DNA of 64,000 nucleotides from an uncultured Gammaproteobacteria bacterium. GTDB lineage: Bacteria > Patescibacteriota > Patescibacteriia > Magasanikbacterales > GWA2-37-8. The stretch spans positions 15,640-79,639 of the forward strand of contig CAZWKA010000004.1 of assembly GCA_964634875.1 (NCBI GenBank). Reading direction: 5' to 3'. A program made the translations under genes and the position numbers. Below are positions 12,330 to 22,716 of the stretch, piece after piece. Position 1 is the stretch's first letter. The number at the start of each line of letters is the position of its first letter. The notes below the pieces were generated by a model that was not told the DNA's origin, searched no databases, and saw only the letters and a program-made list of their open reading frames with translations.

Positions 12330-12740
12330 TCATTCTTTCTTAACAAGTCTATCGTACTGTTCACCGTATTTTTTTGCTTTAGTATAAATTATTTTTCCAG
12401 AAAGAACTGCAGCCAATAGAAAACCGCCCAGCATTCCAAAAGGAGAAAAACCATAACGCTGCTCTATAGCGCGACCCAAAAAAACAAAAAAGACTACAGG
12501 GATGGCAATGTTGGCGCCAAAATCACCAGCGATTCTAAGGGCTAAAAGGTAATACTCGCGATCCGATGAATCAAAAGATGAATTTTGTTGCTTTTGCTTC
12601 ATAACAATGAAAGCATACTCCGCTACACTTCGAATGTCAAACCAAACCTTATTTTGCTCTAAACAAACAGAAACAACTATTTTACTCAGTAAAAAATAGT
12701 CAGTGCTAAAAAAGCTTGTCAATTCCAACTGAGAAAACAA
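12330..12740 (-). CDS. Putative AtpZ/AtpI-like small membrane protein, the first gene of the atp operon.
   Basis: Two TM helices (IAIPVVFFVFLG, GMLGGFLLAAVLSG) in a small protein upstream of atpB. The likely start is the internal MKQKQQ at 12602. The assignment rests on position and topology only. Confidence 0.35.
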   Translation of the reverse strand: MFSQLELTSFFSTDYFLLSKIVVSVCLEQNKVWFDIRSVAEYAFIVMKQKQQNSSFDSSDREYYLLALRIAGDFGANIAIPVVFFVFLGRAIEQRYGFSPFGMLGGFLLAAVLSGKIIYTKAKKYGEQYDRLVKKE

Positions 12741-13203
12741 GCGTTAAAAATGTTGACCCGGCAATTCCGGCAAAAATGAATGGCCAGGCTTTTTTAAAAG
12801 GAAAACCGAAGGCAACTGCAGCGGCTGCCGCCGTCCAAGCTCCGGTGAGCGGGAAGGGTAAAACCACAAAAAACATTAGAGCTGGTAAGCCATATTTTTC
12901 ATAATCACCTTTAAACTTGGTATGTGCTCGAGCCAGCTGGTAGGTCCAAATCCGACTGACAATCCAATTAGGCTTTTTTTCAGCAACATAACGATGAAAA
13001 AAATCGCCAAAAAGTAAGATAAGTGTTGCCGGAACCATATTACCTGCAAGCGACAAAAAGAAGGCTTGTCCGGGAGGAACTTGAAAGTGCAAAATAGACA
13101 CTGGGAGCGCCAACTGACTTTCACCAAGCGGAACCATCGCCATAAGAAAAGTCGCCAAGCGAGGTGGGAACTGAGAAAAAAAAGTAACAATAGTCTCGGT
13201 CAT
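12706..13203 (-). CDS. Small membrane protein, possibly of the small multidrug export family (COG2426-like).
   Basis: Four TM segments. The sequence MAMVPLGESQLALPVSI...FGDFFHRY...GLPALMFFVVLPFPLTGAWTAAAAAVAFG resembles the Sm_multidrug_ex family. The start is set at the internal MTETIV to avoid overlapping the ATPase gene. Confidence 0.35.
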   Translation of the reverse strand: MTETIVTFFSQFPPRLATFLMAMVPLGESQLALPVSILHFQVPPGQAFFLSLAGNMVPATLILLFGDFFHRYVAEKKPNWIVSRIWTYQLARAHTKFKGDYEKYGLPALMFFVVLPFPLTGAWTAAAAAVAFGFPFKKAWPFIFAGIAGSTFLTLVFSVGIDKLF

Positions 13204-13210
13204 AGACGCT

Positions 13211-15871
13211 TTAAACTTTATAGCGCTTAAGCAGACGCTTAACCACCTCCAAAATAATAGAAACTGTACTAGCAAGGAATACCACTATTGCCCAATCCTG
13301 CCAGCTAAGACTAAAGGTGCTAAATGGTTTATGCAGCCAAGGCACATAGATAATGAGCACTAGTAAACTAAGCTCCCAGAGCACCGCACGGTTTAGCCAC
13401 TTATTGGCAAAGGGCTTGCGTAGCACCGAGTGGTGGTCGGAACGGAAATTATAGGCTTTAAAGAATTGAATTAAAACCAGCGAAACAAAAACCATGGTCA
13501 TAGTCTCGGCGATGCTTCGCCCAGAATGGCTGGCCCACAAGAAAAGGCTGATATTGACGATTGCCGACCACAGACCGCCCGCTACCATCAAAATACCGAC
13601 CGATTTTGTAAAAATACCACTTTTTAGAGGTCGGGGCGGGCTATCCATGAGATCGGTTTCCGGCGGATCAACGGCTAAAGCCAAAGCTGGCAGCCCATCG
13701 GTGGCTAAATTGACATACAAAATTTGTACGGCGGTAAGCGGCAGCGGCAACCCAAGTAAACTAGCTCCCACAAAAAGACCTATCTCACCGATATTCGATG
13801 AAAGCAGGTACATGAGATATTTTTTGATATTTCCATAGATAATCCTCCCCTCCTCTACTGCGGCAACTATTGAAGCAAAATTATCATCCGTCAGGGTCAT
13901 AGCCGCAGCTTCTTTGGTAACATCCGTTCCTGTAATCCCCATCGCCACACCGATATCAGCCTTCTTAAGTGCTGGAGCATCATTAACACCGTCACCTGTC
14001 ATCGCCACAACATGCTCGTTTGATTGCAAGGCGCCCACAACACGTAATTTGTGTGCGGGTGAAACCCGGGCAAAGACATCGACATTCTCAACTTCTTTTT
14101 GCAATTTTTCATCACTCCAGGTGTCAAGCTCTACACCCGTAACGACTAAACCTGTTGGTCGAAGTAGTCCCAATTCTCTTGCGATTGCTTGCGCTGTAAT
14201 TGGGTGATCGCCGGTAATCATCATGAGCTTGATTCCCGCCGCCTGACATTTTTTAATTGCTTCCTGGGCTTCTGGGCGTGGCGGATCAATCATGCCAACC
14301 ATACCCAAAAAAACCATTTCCTTTTCAGCTGTCGCAAGCTCTGCCCTGGGTTTACACGCCAAACCAATCAGCCGCAAAGCTTGATTTGCCATTCCATGCG
14401 CTGTATCAAGTATAGTTTTACGTACCGCTTCAGTTAGCGGTACCGGACCCTTAGCTGTCATAAACAAAGTGCAGGAAGCTAAAATTATTTCAAGTGCTCC
14501 CTTACTGTAAGCAACAGTTTCATCGGTAGTACGATGAAGCGTTGTCATACGCTTAGTTTCTGAACTAAAGGGAATTTCCGCCGTACGCGGATTTGCTTCA
14601 TCCAATAATTCCTTATCAATACTAAGCTTGGCCGCCAAAACTACCAACGCTCCTTCTGTAGGATCTCCTTTCATGTCCCATTGGCCATCGTTTGTGCATA
14701 AGCGCGCATCAGAAGACAAAACACCGGCATGCAGCAACTGGGTTAATGATGATGTTGTGCCAAAAGGTTTTCCGTCGACAGTCAACTGTCCTTCAGGGGC
14801 ATAACCGCTGCCAGAAACGTCAAGCAAGATTCCTTCAGGAAGATACACCTTTCGAACTGTCATTTCATCTTTAGTCAGTGTACCTGTCTTGTCTGACGCA
14901 ATCACCGAAGTACTCCCCAATGTTTCAACCGCCGGCAGACGCCTCACCAGAGCGTTGCGTTTTACCATTCGCTGCACGCCGATAGCGAGCGAAATAGTAA
15001 CTACAGCTGGCAAAGCTTCAGGAACGACTGCCACCGCAAGTGCAATACCAAAAATAAACATTTCTAAAAATGGCTGACCGCGCAAGAGCCCAAGCCCAAC
15101 AATAATAACTACTACCACTAAAGCGGCTCGAGCAATAGTTTTGCCCACTTTATCCAAATTCTTTTGGAGCGGTGTTTCTGCTGTTTCTACTTTCTGTAAA
15201 AGCCCGGCAATTGCCCCAAACTCTGTTTGCATACCAGTTGCAACCACCACCGCATTTCCGCGCCCATACGTTGCATGTGTGCCGGCGTATAGCATGTTTT
15301 TTCTATCTCCGACCGGTAGTTTCTCCGCTGTTAAGGTAGTGTTATTTTTTTCTACCGGCACCGATTCGCCGGTTAACGAGGCTTCGTCTATTTTTAAATT
15401 TACTGCCTCAATAATTCTGGCATCAGCCGGAATCTTGTTACCGGTAGCAATAAGTATAATATCACCCGGAACAACTTCCTTGGCCGGAATTTCCACTTCT
15501 TTACCATCACGAATAACCAAAGCAGTTGGTGCTGCCATCTCCTGCAAGGCTTCCAGTGCTCGGCCTGCCCGAAATTCCTGAACAAAACCAAGAATAACTG
15601 CAAAAAGAACAATAACAGCGATCGCAATAGCTTCTGTACCATGTCCTAAAATCCCGGAAAGCGTACTGGCAACCAACAAAATAATTACCAAAGTATTCTT
15701 AAACTGCTCCAACAACAACTTCCACCACCGCACCTTTTCAGCTGCGGTTAATTCGTTGGTACCGTACGTAGCTAAGCGGTTCTGTGCCTCGACAGTCTTC
15801 AAGCCGTTGTTACTATCAGTTTTTAACTCATCAACAAGACTTAAAGTTTCACGAGTGTGCCAGACTGACAT
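13211..15871 (-). CDS. Cation-transporting P-type ATPase, type IIA (Ca2+-ATPase-like).
   Basis: 886 aa with the phosphorylation site DKTGTLT, hinge motif TGDGVNDAPALKKADIGVAMG, TGES in the actuator domain and about 10 TM helices. Confidence 0.9.
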   Translation of the reverse strand: MSVWHTRETLSLVDELKTDSNNGLKTVEAQNRLATYGTNELTAAEKVRWWKLLLEQFKNTLVIILLVASTLSGILGHGTEAIAIAVIVLFAVILGFVQEFRAGRALEALQEMAAPTALVIRDGKEVEIPAKEVVPGDIILIATGNKIPADARIIEAVNLKIDEASLTGESVPVEKNNTTLTAEKLPVGDRKNMLYAGTHATYGRGNAVVVATGMQTEFGAIAGLLQKVETAETPLQKNLDKVGKTIARAALVVVVIIVGLGLLRGQPFLEMFIFGIALAVAVVPEALPAVVTISLAIGVQRMVKRNALVRRLPAVETLGSTSVIASDKTGTLTKDEMTVRKVYLPEGILLDVSGSGYAPEGQLTVDGKPFGTTSSLTQLLHAGVLSSDARLCTNDGQWDMKGDPTEGALVVLAAKLSIDKELLDEANPRTAEIPFSSETKRMTTLHRTTDETVAYSKGALEIILASCTLFMTAKGPVPLTEAVRKTILDTAHGMANQALRLIGLACKPRAELATAEKEMVFLGMVGMIDPPRPEAQEAIKKCQAAGIKLMMITGDHPITAQAIARELGLLRPTGLVVTGVELDTWSDEKLQKEVENVDVFARVSPAHKLRVVGALQSNEHVVAMTGDGVNDAPALKKADIGVAMGITGTDVTKEAAAMTLTDDNFASIVAAVEEGRIIYGNIKKYLMYLLSSNIGEIGLFVGASLLGLPLPLTAVQILYVNLATDGLPALALAVDPPETDLMDSPPRPLKSGIFTKSVGILMVAGGLWSAIVNISLFLWASHSGRSIAETMTMVFVSLVLIQFFKAYNFRSDHHSVLRKPFANKWLNRAVLWELSLLVLIIYVPWLHKPFSTFSLSWQDWAIVVFLASTVSIILEVVKRLLKRYKV

Positions 15872-16011
15872 AGGAGTAAGTTGCTTATAAACAAGATAAA
15901 AATAAAAAGGTACCTGCTAAAATCTGGTAGCAGAAAGTATATCACAGAATTTTACACCACAGAATGAATGCCGTAAAGCGAAGAGCAAAGATCTTAAAAC
16001 ACGCCTACTTT

Positions 16012-16875
16012 TCAAGCGTGCTTTAGGTTAAATAATACCACAGCATTGTTCGTTGTTGCCGTCTCTACAAGACCCGCATCACATTTTTTTATTTCTGCAA
16101 TTTTTTTAGCCACCTCTGCCACCATCCACGGTTCAGCGCGCTTACCACGATATGGGATTGGGGCAAGGTATGGAGAATCGGTTTCAAGCACCATGCGATC
16201 AAGCGGACAGTTTTTAACAACCTCTAGAAGTGCCTGTTGTGCCGCCGGATCACTCTTTTTTGGCGGGAAGGTAATAATACCGGTGAAACCAAGATAAAGT
16301 CCAAGCTCCAAAAGTTGCTCGGCGAAGTGCCAATTACCAATATAACAATGGATAACCCCCCTCACCTGTGTTTCTCCGCGTTTCGCGAGCTCTTCTTTCA
16401 ATACATCAATCATTTCCTGATACGCGTCACGGACATGGATTGCGAGCGGCAACCCGGTTTCAAACGAGAGTCGAAGATGCTCACGAAATACTGCTTGTTG
16501 TTTGGCAAGCACCACTTCCTTAGAAACACCTTCGGGAATTCGATATAAATCCAGACCACACTCCCCGATCGCAATTGTTTTAGGGCTCTTCGTTAATTCC
16601 TTATAATATTCATAATCAAAATCCTCTTCTCTCGTAGTAAACGAGGATTCTTCTTCATCAAGATGTTGTGAATGTAAGTGCACAGGGTGCAACCCCACAC
16701 TTGCGTACACTCCGTCATATTTTTCTGCCATTGCGACACCACGCTGACTCGTATCACGCTGGGTGCCAACTAAATTCATAATCACACCCTTTTCTAAGGC
16801 ATGCTTAATAACCGCTTCGCTGTCGAGCTTAAAGGCATTAAAGTGTACGTGGCAATGGGTATCAACAAGCTTCAT
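16012..16875 (-). CDS. TatD-family metal-dependent hydrolase (DNase).
   Basis: N-terminal MKLVDTHCHVHF with the HxH motif and a TIM-barrel amidohydrolase pattern. Confidence 0.8.
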   Translation of the reverse strand: MKLVDTHCHVHFNAFKLDSEAVIKHALEKGVIMNLVGTQRDTSQRGVAMAEKYDGVYASVGLHPVHLHSQHLDEEESSFTTREEDFDYEYYKELTKSPKTIAIGECGLDLYRIPEGVSKEVVLAKQQAVFREHLRLSFETGLPLAIHVRDAYQEMIDVLKEELAKRGETQVRGVIHCYIGNWHFAEQLLELGLYLGFTGIITFPPKKSDPAAQQALLEVVKNCPLDRMVLETDSPYLAPIPYRGKRAEPWMVAEVAKKIAEIKKCDAGLVETATTNNAVVLFNLKHA

Positions 16876-16881
16876 GCATTT

Positions 16882-17622
16882 TTAACGTAAAGAGAACGAA
16901 GCGCGGACTACAGCCGTTACTTGTTTATCAACTGAGGACGTATCATAATAACCATAATCAGAAATTTCCGTTGAGTTAATAGGGGTTACCTGGAATACTC
17001 CAACCGCCGCTGAACGCAAGCTACCAACCGCTGATCCGCTGCTAGCAGCAATTTTTTCAGCGCGTTCTTTGGCATTTTTGGTTGCGTCCGCTAACAGATC
17101 CAGCTTAAGGTCATTGAGCTTGGAATAGTAAAATTCCAGAGGGTCACTTGCAAAAATAATACCCTGGTTAATAAGTACCCCGGAATCTTTAGCAATTTTA
17201 ATAATTGTATCAATATCGCCTGATTCCACAATAACAGTTTGCGTCAAATTATAACCAATAACTTTACCATTACTCCCAAAACTATCCTGTTGATACTGAG
17301 GATAAATACTTACGGGATTTATAGTAATTTCATTTTCAGCTATTTTATTCTGTTTAAGATACTGAAGAATAGTATCACTTTCCCACTTCATTCGGGCATA
17401 TCCATCTTGCAGATCATCAATCGCAACTGTACGCGAAAAATTGCTGCGCCATTTGACCATATCAGAACGCACACTGATTTGCGAAGAGCCGGTAACACTG
17501 ACCGTATCTTGAAAACTCTTTGAGCGATAAAAAGTTCCCGCAGCGATAAGGGCTACGATAATAAGACCAAGCGCTAATATCGTCCCAAACCGCGACAAAC
17601 CTTTATTCGTAATAGTTTCCAT
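16882..17622 (-). CDS. SIMPL-domain (DUF541) periplasmic protein.
   Basis: N-terminal TM or signal anchor, then a ...YNLTQTVIVES...AKERAEKIA...GVFQV pattern typical of SIMPL/26 kDa periplasmic immunogenic proteins. Confidence 0.6.
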   Translation of the reverse strand: METITNKGLSRFGTILALGLIIVALIAAGTFYRSKSFQDTVSVTGSSQISVRSDMVKWRSNFSRTVAIDDLQDGYARMKWESDTILQYLKQNKIAENEITINPVSIYPQYQQDSFGSNGKVIGYNLTQTVIVESGDIDTIIKIAKDSGVLINQGIIFASDPLEFYYSKLNDLKLDLLADATKNAKERAEKIAASSGSAVGSLRSAAVGVFQVTPINSTEISDYGYYDTSSVDKQVTAVVRASFSLR

Positions 17623-17646
17623 AGAGATTGGTAAATAAATAGTATG

Positions 17647-18237
17647 TTATTTTTTGGTGGTGGTGGCCATGTTTTTCCAATCAAAATCTTTAGGGAGTGC
17701 TAGGCCGTTGGGCAACTTAATTCCAGACAGATCACCTACCAGATCAACAAGTTCCTTCGGCAACAGCGGCCACAGAAATGACGCTGCCTGCATTGCTTTG
17801 GGCGCCATGCGAGACTCCCCAAGTTTCGTCATGAACCCGCTACTGGGAGGATACCGGGTGATAAAGAAAATAGCAATTCCGACTACTAGAATACCTTCAA
17901 TTACACCAACAATTCCACCTAAAATTTTATCAATAGTACTGAGGAATGGTAGACGAGTGACTATACCAACCGCCTTATCAATAAACCAAAATATGAGCCC
18001 AATCAGTCGATTACTAATTATAAAGAGCAGTAAGAAGACAACAATCCGAATAAAGTTTGGCGACCAGCCGGTAAAGCCAATTAAAAGGTCGGTCAGTGGA
18101 GTATAGTAGCGCCCCGCAACATAGACACCGAGCACCGTGCCAAGAAGCGATCCTAACGTCTTGATAAGCCCCGAACGAAGCCCGGATAACGCAAATAAGG
18201 CGACTACGACGATAATTACTATGTCCCCCACTGGCAT
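17647..18237 (-). CDS. CvpA-family membrane protein.
   Basis: N-terminal DIVIIVVVALFALSGLRSGLIKTLGSLLG with four TM helices resembles colicin V production protein CvpA. Confidence 0.55.
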   Translation of the reverse strand: MPVGDIVIIVVVALFALSGLRSGLIKTLGSLLGTVLGVYVAGRYYTPLTDLLIGFTGWSPNFIRIVVFLLLFIISNRLIGLIFWFIDKAVGIVTRLPFLSTIDKILGGIVGVIEGILVVGIAIFFITRYPPSSGFMTKLGESRMAPKAMQAASFLWPLLPKELVDLVGDLSGIKLPNGLALPKDFDWKNMATTTKK

Positions 18238-18277
18238 ATGTAAAAATTAGAAATAAATACTTTTATGCTGCCAAAAC

Positions 18278-19825
18278 CTATTTTTCATTTTTCTCTTCGA
18301 GTCTTGGAAACAACATTGCCGTTTTCTCGATTTTATTCCCAACCACTAATCCAACCCATTGGTTGAGCTCAGCAAGTGGTTTGCCCAATTCTTTTTCTAC
18401 CTCAAGACCAAGTTGACGGAAAATACTTTCCGCGGTTTCCGGCATAACTGGCCACACCATGACCGCGATATGGCGAAGACTCTCTACTAGATGGTGGAGA
18501 AGATCATTAACCGCTTCGGTATCCCCCGCTTTCGCTAGTGCCCACGGCTGCTTATCAGAGATTAGTTGGTCGCAATGGGTAACAAATTGCATTACTGCCT
18601 CCAGGGCATGGTCAAAACGCCAGCGGTTCATACCCTGTGTGTACGCCGGCCAAATTTTGGTGCTTAAAAAATCGATTAATCCCTGGTTCGCCACAGAGAC
18701 TGTCGGAACGACGCTCCCACAATATTTCTCCACCATCGTTAAGATACGGTTGGTGAGGTTACCAATACCATTGGCCAAATCGCCCTGGTATCGGTTTAAA
18801 AAAGCCGTTCTCGAAAAATCACCATCATTATCAAACGGGATCTCACGCATTAAAAAATAGCGCACCGCCTCAAGAGGGAATTCTTCCACCAACTTGAGCG
18901 GGTCAATAACATTACCGATTGTTTTACTCATTTTTTGACCTTCGACGGTGATCCAACCATGGACAGCAATTTGTTGTGGCGGCTCTATTCCGGCAGCCAT
19001 AAGCATTGCTGGCCAAAGAAGGGAATGAAATCGGTTAATCTCCTTACCAACCAGATTCGTACCTGGCCAAAACTTTTTAAACAGCGACGCATCCGCACTA
19101 CCATAACCGAGTGCCGTAATATAGTTTGTCAGGGCATCAAACCACACATACATAACTTGCGCTTCGTCCCCAGGCACTGGCACCCCCCAGGATAACTTTT
19201 CCCGAACACGTGAAATACTGACGTCTTCCAGCCCCGCTTTTAGCATGTTGTACATCTCATTGTATTTGCTGTCGGGATAGATAAAATGTTTATTTTTCTC
19301 AAATAAAAACAAAAGTGGCTCCTGGTAGCGGGTCAAACGGAAAAAATAATTTTCTTCAGTCAAAAGTTCCGGGACGGTATGGTGATCAGGACATTTGCCG
19401 TCCACCACGTCTTTCTCGGTCTTAAAGCTCTCACAACCCACACAATACAGTCCGGTATAGGCTTTTTTATAAATGTCACCATTTTCGGTAACTGCTTGCC
19501 AAAATTTTTGCGCACCTTGTTTATGTCGCTCTTCGGTGGTGCGAATAAAATCATTATTGGAAATATTCCACGTATCCGCCAGATTTTGGTACAAGGCTGA
19601 CATAGCAGCCACATGCACCTCCGGACTTCTGCCAGCATCTTCGGCTGCCTTAAGGATCTTTTGTCCATGCTCATCAGTACCGGTAACGAAACGTACGTCA
19701 TTACCAAGCAGTCGTTGGTAACGCGCCATCACATCCGCATACAGCATCTCAATGGCATGCCCGATATGCGGCGGTGCATTACAATAAAAAATAGCGGTAG
19801 TAAGGTAATATTTATTTTTTTCCAT
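18278..19825 (-). CDS. metG: Methionine--tRNA ligase, short form without the C-terminal tRNA-binding domain.
   Basis: HIGH motif (PPHIGHAIEM), KMSKS motif (KMSKTIGNV) and a Zn knuckle CVGCESF...C. Confidence 0.9.
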   Translation of the reverse strand: MEKNKYYLTTAIFYCNAPPHIGHAIEMLYADVMARYQRLLGNDVRFVTGTDEHGQKILKAAEDAGRSPEVHVAAMSALYQNLADTWNISNNDFIRTTEERHKQGAQKFWQAVTENGDIYKKAYTGLYCVGCESFKTEKDVVDGKCPDHHTVPELLTEENYFFRLTRYQEPLLFLFEKNKHFIYPDSKYNEMYNMLKAGLEDVSISRVREKLSWGVPVPGDEAQVMYVWFDALTNYITALGYGSADASLFKKFWPGTNLVGKEINRFHSLLWPAMLMAAGIEPPQQIAVHGWITVEGQKMSKTIGNVIDPLKLVEEFPLEAVRYFLMREIPFDNDGDFSRTAFLNRYQGDLANGIGNLTNRILTMVEKYCGSVVPTVSVANQGLIDFLSTKIWPAYTQGMNRWRFDHALEAVMQFVTHCDQLISDKQPWALAKAGDTEAVNDLLHHLVESLRHIAVMVWPVMPETAESIFRQLGLEVEKELGKPLAELNQWVGLVVGNKIEKTAMLFPRLEEKNEK

Positions 19826-19831
19826 ACAGAA

Positions 19832-20509
19832 TTATTGTTTGGCGTTAATAATGACAACAAATTCACCTCGATCATCCCCCATTTGTCCGCTTATTGTGGC
19901 AACGGTACCGCGGTACACTGTCTCAAATTTTTTAGTGAGTTCACGGCAAACCATAATTTCACGATCCGTCGAAAAAAAACCAGGCAACTCAGCCAAACAT
20001 TTTTTAATCCGATGCCCTGATTCATAAAAAACAATGGTATACGGGCTCTCAGCCGCTTCTTTAAAAAACTTCTGCCGTTTTGTCTTGTGCGGTGGGAAGC
20101 CTAAAAAAACAAACTTATCCGTAGGGAAACCCGAAATAGACAGTGCCGCAACGGCTGCACACGCACCCGGTATTGGCACCATAACACTGTCGGGTACCGC
20201 TTTTAAGACTGCCCGGATCAAAACGTTACCCGGGTCACTAATACCGGGTGTGCCAGCATCGGTCACCAAGGCAATATTTTTTCCTTCATCCAGAAGAAGT
20301 TGGATTTCCTTTATTTTTTTAAGGTCGCTATGTTGGTGATAACTAAGCGTTTTAGCGCTAATACCAAAATGATCAAGTAAATTCCTGGTAACCCGGGTAT
20401 CTTCACACAAAACCAAATCTACTGATCGGAGCGTCGTCAAAGCCCGTTCGGAAACATCTCCCAAATTACCAATAGGCGTTGCTACAACAAATAAGATTCC
20501 CTGAGCCAT
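19832..20509 (-). CDS. rsmI: 16S rRNA (cytidine1402-2'-O)-methyltransferase RsmI.
   Basis: Tetrapyrrole-methylase fold. N-terminal FVVATPIGNLGDVSERALTTLRSVDLVLCEDTR matches RsmI. Confidence 0.85.
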   Translation of the reverse strand: MAQGILFVVATPIGNLGDVSERALTTLRSVDLVLCEDTRVTRNLLDHFGISAKTLSYHQHSDLKKIKEIQLLLDEGKNIALVTDAGTPGISDPGNVLIRAVLKAVPDSVMVPIPGACAAVAALSISGFPTDKFVFLGFPPHKTKRQKFFKEAAESPYTIVFYESGHRIKKCLAELPGFFSTDREIMVCRELTKKFETVYRGTVATISGQMGDDRGEFVVIINAKQ

Positions 20510-20618
20510 AGTGGCACTATACTAGCAAAAAAGCCTTAAAACGTAAAGTTTGTTCTTTGGCTGCACTCCTTCCTTTTTTAGCGGCTGCGTGCTAGAGTAG
20601 TTTTACACTTAAAAATGT

Positions 20619-20975
20619 ATGAAAAAAATCATCTTTGCCCTCACGCTTTTAGCCTTCTTAGGCGCTCCTTACACAGCCCAGACAGCTGAAGTAGCTGCTA
20701 AAAAGGCTGTTACAACAAAGGCCGCAGCCAAAACTACACCAGTCAAAAAAACCATTACACCAACGAAAGCTCCGACCAAAAAAATTATTCCCGCTACAGC
20801 TAAAGGACAGACCGCTCCCCCACCGACTTATTTTGAACTCGTTAAAAAGGCACAACAGGAATATCTAACCGCCAGTAAAAAGGCGAAAGCCAGTAAATCT
20901 AAAGCTGGACTAGAAGCAGCTGAAAAGGCGTATAGTCAGGCACTGGAAAAAGCTTCTGCACTTCTCGGTGTATAA
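20619..20975 (+). CDS. Small secreted low-complexity (K/A/T/P-rich) protein.
   Basis: Signal peptide MKKIIFALTLLAFLGAPYTA followed by AKK/TKK repeats. Confidence 0.4.
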   Translation: MKKIIFALTLLAFLGAPYTAQTAEVAAKKAVTTKAAAKTTPVKKTITPTKAPTKKIIPATAKGQTAPPPTYFELVKKAQQEYLTASKKAKASKSKAGLEAAEKAYSQALEKASALLGV

Positions 20976-20985
20976 GAAATAATTA

Positions 20986-21012
20986 AAAAAGACCGATTCT
21001 ATCGGTCTTTTT
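20986..21012. terminator. Bidirectional rho-independent terminator aaaaagaccgattctatcggtcttttt between convergent genes.
   Basis: 8-bp stem agaccgat/atcggtct flanked by A5 and T5. Confidence 0.55.
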
Positions 21013-21023
21013 ATTATCTCTTA

Positions 21024-21653
21024 TTAAAGCGCTGGCGGAGTGCTGGGCGGCGCACTTATGAGCGGAACGTCGTTCTCAAGCGCACCGTTAAATGCCTTTA
21101 CAACATACACGACAATACTCTGTGCGCTCAGAATAATGACCAGCCCAATAATCGCATTGAAGAAAGTCCGTTTGGCTGCACCAGTCCGTTCACTATTGCC
21201 ACCAGCAGTCAAAAAAGTAAAGCCGGAAAGCAAGATCATAACCACAAAAATAATACCCAAAAACCCCAATGCCACCCGGATCAAGCTAGCAACAATCATC
21301 CGGGGATCCGTGCTTCCTAACCCTAAAAACTCGCCCAAAAGATTAATCCCACCCATAACGGTCGTGTCGTGAGTCGGAACAGATACCACCGGACCGGGTT
21401 CAATTGGTGGCGCTACTGTAGGTTGCGGCTGCGGCTCAGCAACGTCAGGCTGCGGGGTAATCGGCGGAATATCAGTTTCATCCGCTGCCAACTCGGGTTC
21501 GGCAGTTTGAGCTAAAACGAAAAAACGTGGCGCAGCCAAGCCAACACAGACAAAGAGTGAGATGCATATAACGGCTAAGACTTTTCGAATCATACGGAAA
21601 ATATCTAACTCAAAAAAAGAAACAACGTCAGGAATGCGTTGCCTTTGAGGCAC
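21024..21653 (-). CDS. Membrane protein with a Pro-rich spacer and a C-terminal two-helix hydrophobic hairpin. Possibly a VirB2/TrbC-like pilin.
   Basis: N-terminal TM, a PQP-rich linker, and a C-terminal ...ASLIRVALGFLGIIFVVMILLSGFTFLTAGG..FFNAIIGLVIILSAQSIVVYVV, two TM helices separated by a short loop as in conjugative pilin subunits. Confidence 0.3.
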   Translation of the reverse strand: MPQRQRIPDVVSFFELDIFRMIRKVLAVICISLFVCVGLAAPRFFVLAQTAEPELAADETDIPPITPQPDVAEPQPQPTVAPPIEPGPVVSVPTHDTTVMGGINLLGEFLGLGSTDPRMIVASLIRVALGFLGIIFVVMILLSGFTFLTAGGNSERTGAAKRTFFNAIIGLVIILSAQSIVVYVVKAFNGALENDVPLISAPPSTPPAL

Positions 21654-21904
21654 TAAGAGCGCATTAAAATCAGAAAAAATGCATAATGAAGCTACTAAGT
21701 TCGACTGTCCAAGCCCATCCGTCCAACCAACTCAACTAGCCGGCAGAGCTTAGAGCAGCGAAATTGTTCACCTCTATTACACACTCATTTCTGATCTTAA
21801 TGAACGTGCCTCTCTAGGTACCGTACTCCCCTCATTAAAAAGTACAAGTGGATAACTTTTTACTGCTTTAAAATCTTAAAACTAGTTCATGCCTCAAGAA
21901 AAAA

Positions 21905-22579
21905 TTATTTTTCTTTATCAGCTTTAACGCGCAACTCACCGACCGCTTTCAAGATAGCTTGCTCCTCTTTTTGTGCATCAGTATTTTTAGCAAAACCGTT
22001 ACTATAGCTTGTACCGGCCACACGCCATGTCCCTTCTACTTTATTGAAAACGAGAACGCTCACTAAAGTAAAATTTTTATCTTCGAGGTCATCCAAAAAA
22101 TAGTAATAAGCTCGAGTAGCACTTTTTTGTTCGACTGAAATAAATTTTGTTTCGGCAAGTTTTGGATATGAATCTTGTAAATAAGGCAGTGCCTGCTTCC
22201 ACTCATCATCGCTCGGGACTGGTGTTTCTTTTGCAGGATCAATAAAATTTAAAAAGCTTTCTTTGTTACCAGCGGCTAAAATAGCAATGAGTTCCTGGTA
22301 TGATGCCTCAAGTTCAGCGCGTAATCCTACGTTAAGTGTTGGAGCAACAGCTGGTTTTTTAGCAACCATCACTGTATCAGCAGTAACGTTGGCAGCCACC
22401 ATCGCTCCATTATTTTGGGGAGCTTCATCGGTTGGTGAAATTGGAGTCTCATCCGTTGGCATACCATCCTTTACGGCTGAGTTACCCTCAATTTCTTGGG
22501 TAACCTGCGTACTGCACCCTGCCCCCACAAGCATAAAAACTACAGCAAACACCACACCTGCACGAATTAGTTTTTGCAT
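21905..22579 (-). CDS. Hypothetical lipoprotein.
   Basis: MQKLIRAGVVFAVVFMLVGAGC is a lipobox-type signal. Confidence 0.4.
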   Translation of the reverse strand: MQKLIRAGVVFAVVFMLVGAGCSTQVTQEIEGNSAVKDGMPTDETPISPTDEAPQNNGAMVAANVTADTVMVAKKPAVAPTLNVGLRAELEASYQELIAILAAGNKESFLNFIDPAKETPVPSDDEWKQALPYLQDSYPKLAETKFISVEQKSATRAYYYFLDDLEDKNFTLVSVLVFNKVEGTWRVAGTSYSNGFAKNTDAQKEEQAILKAVGELRVKADKEK

Positions 22580-22716
22580 ACATCATTTTAATAATGAGGG
22601 AATAAAGTACAAAACTTAAAGTATCATAACATGCCTTAAGGCTAAAATCAAAAAACCTCGACAGCACACCAGAATCAGCTTACACCATACGGCGATAGTT
22701 CTTTGCATTTTAAAAA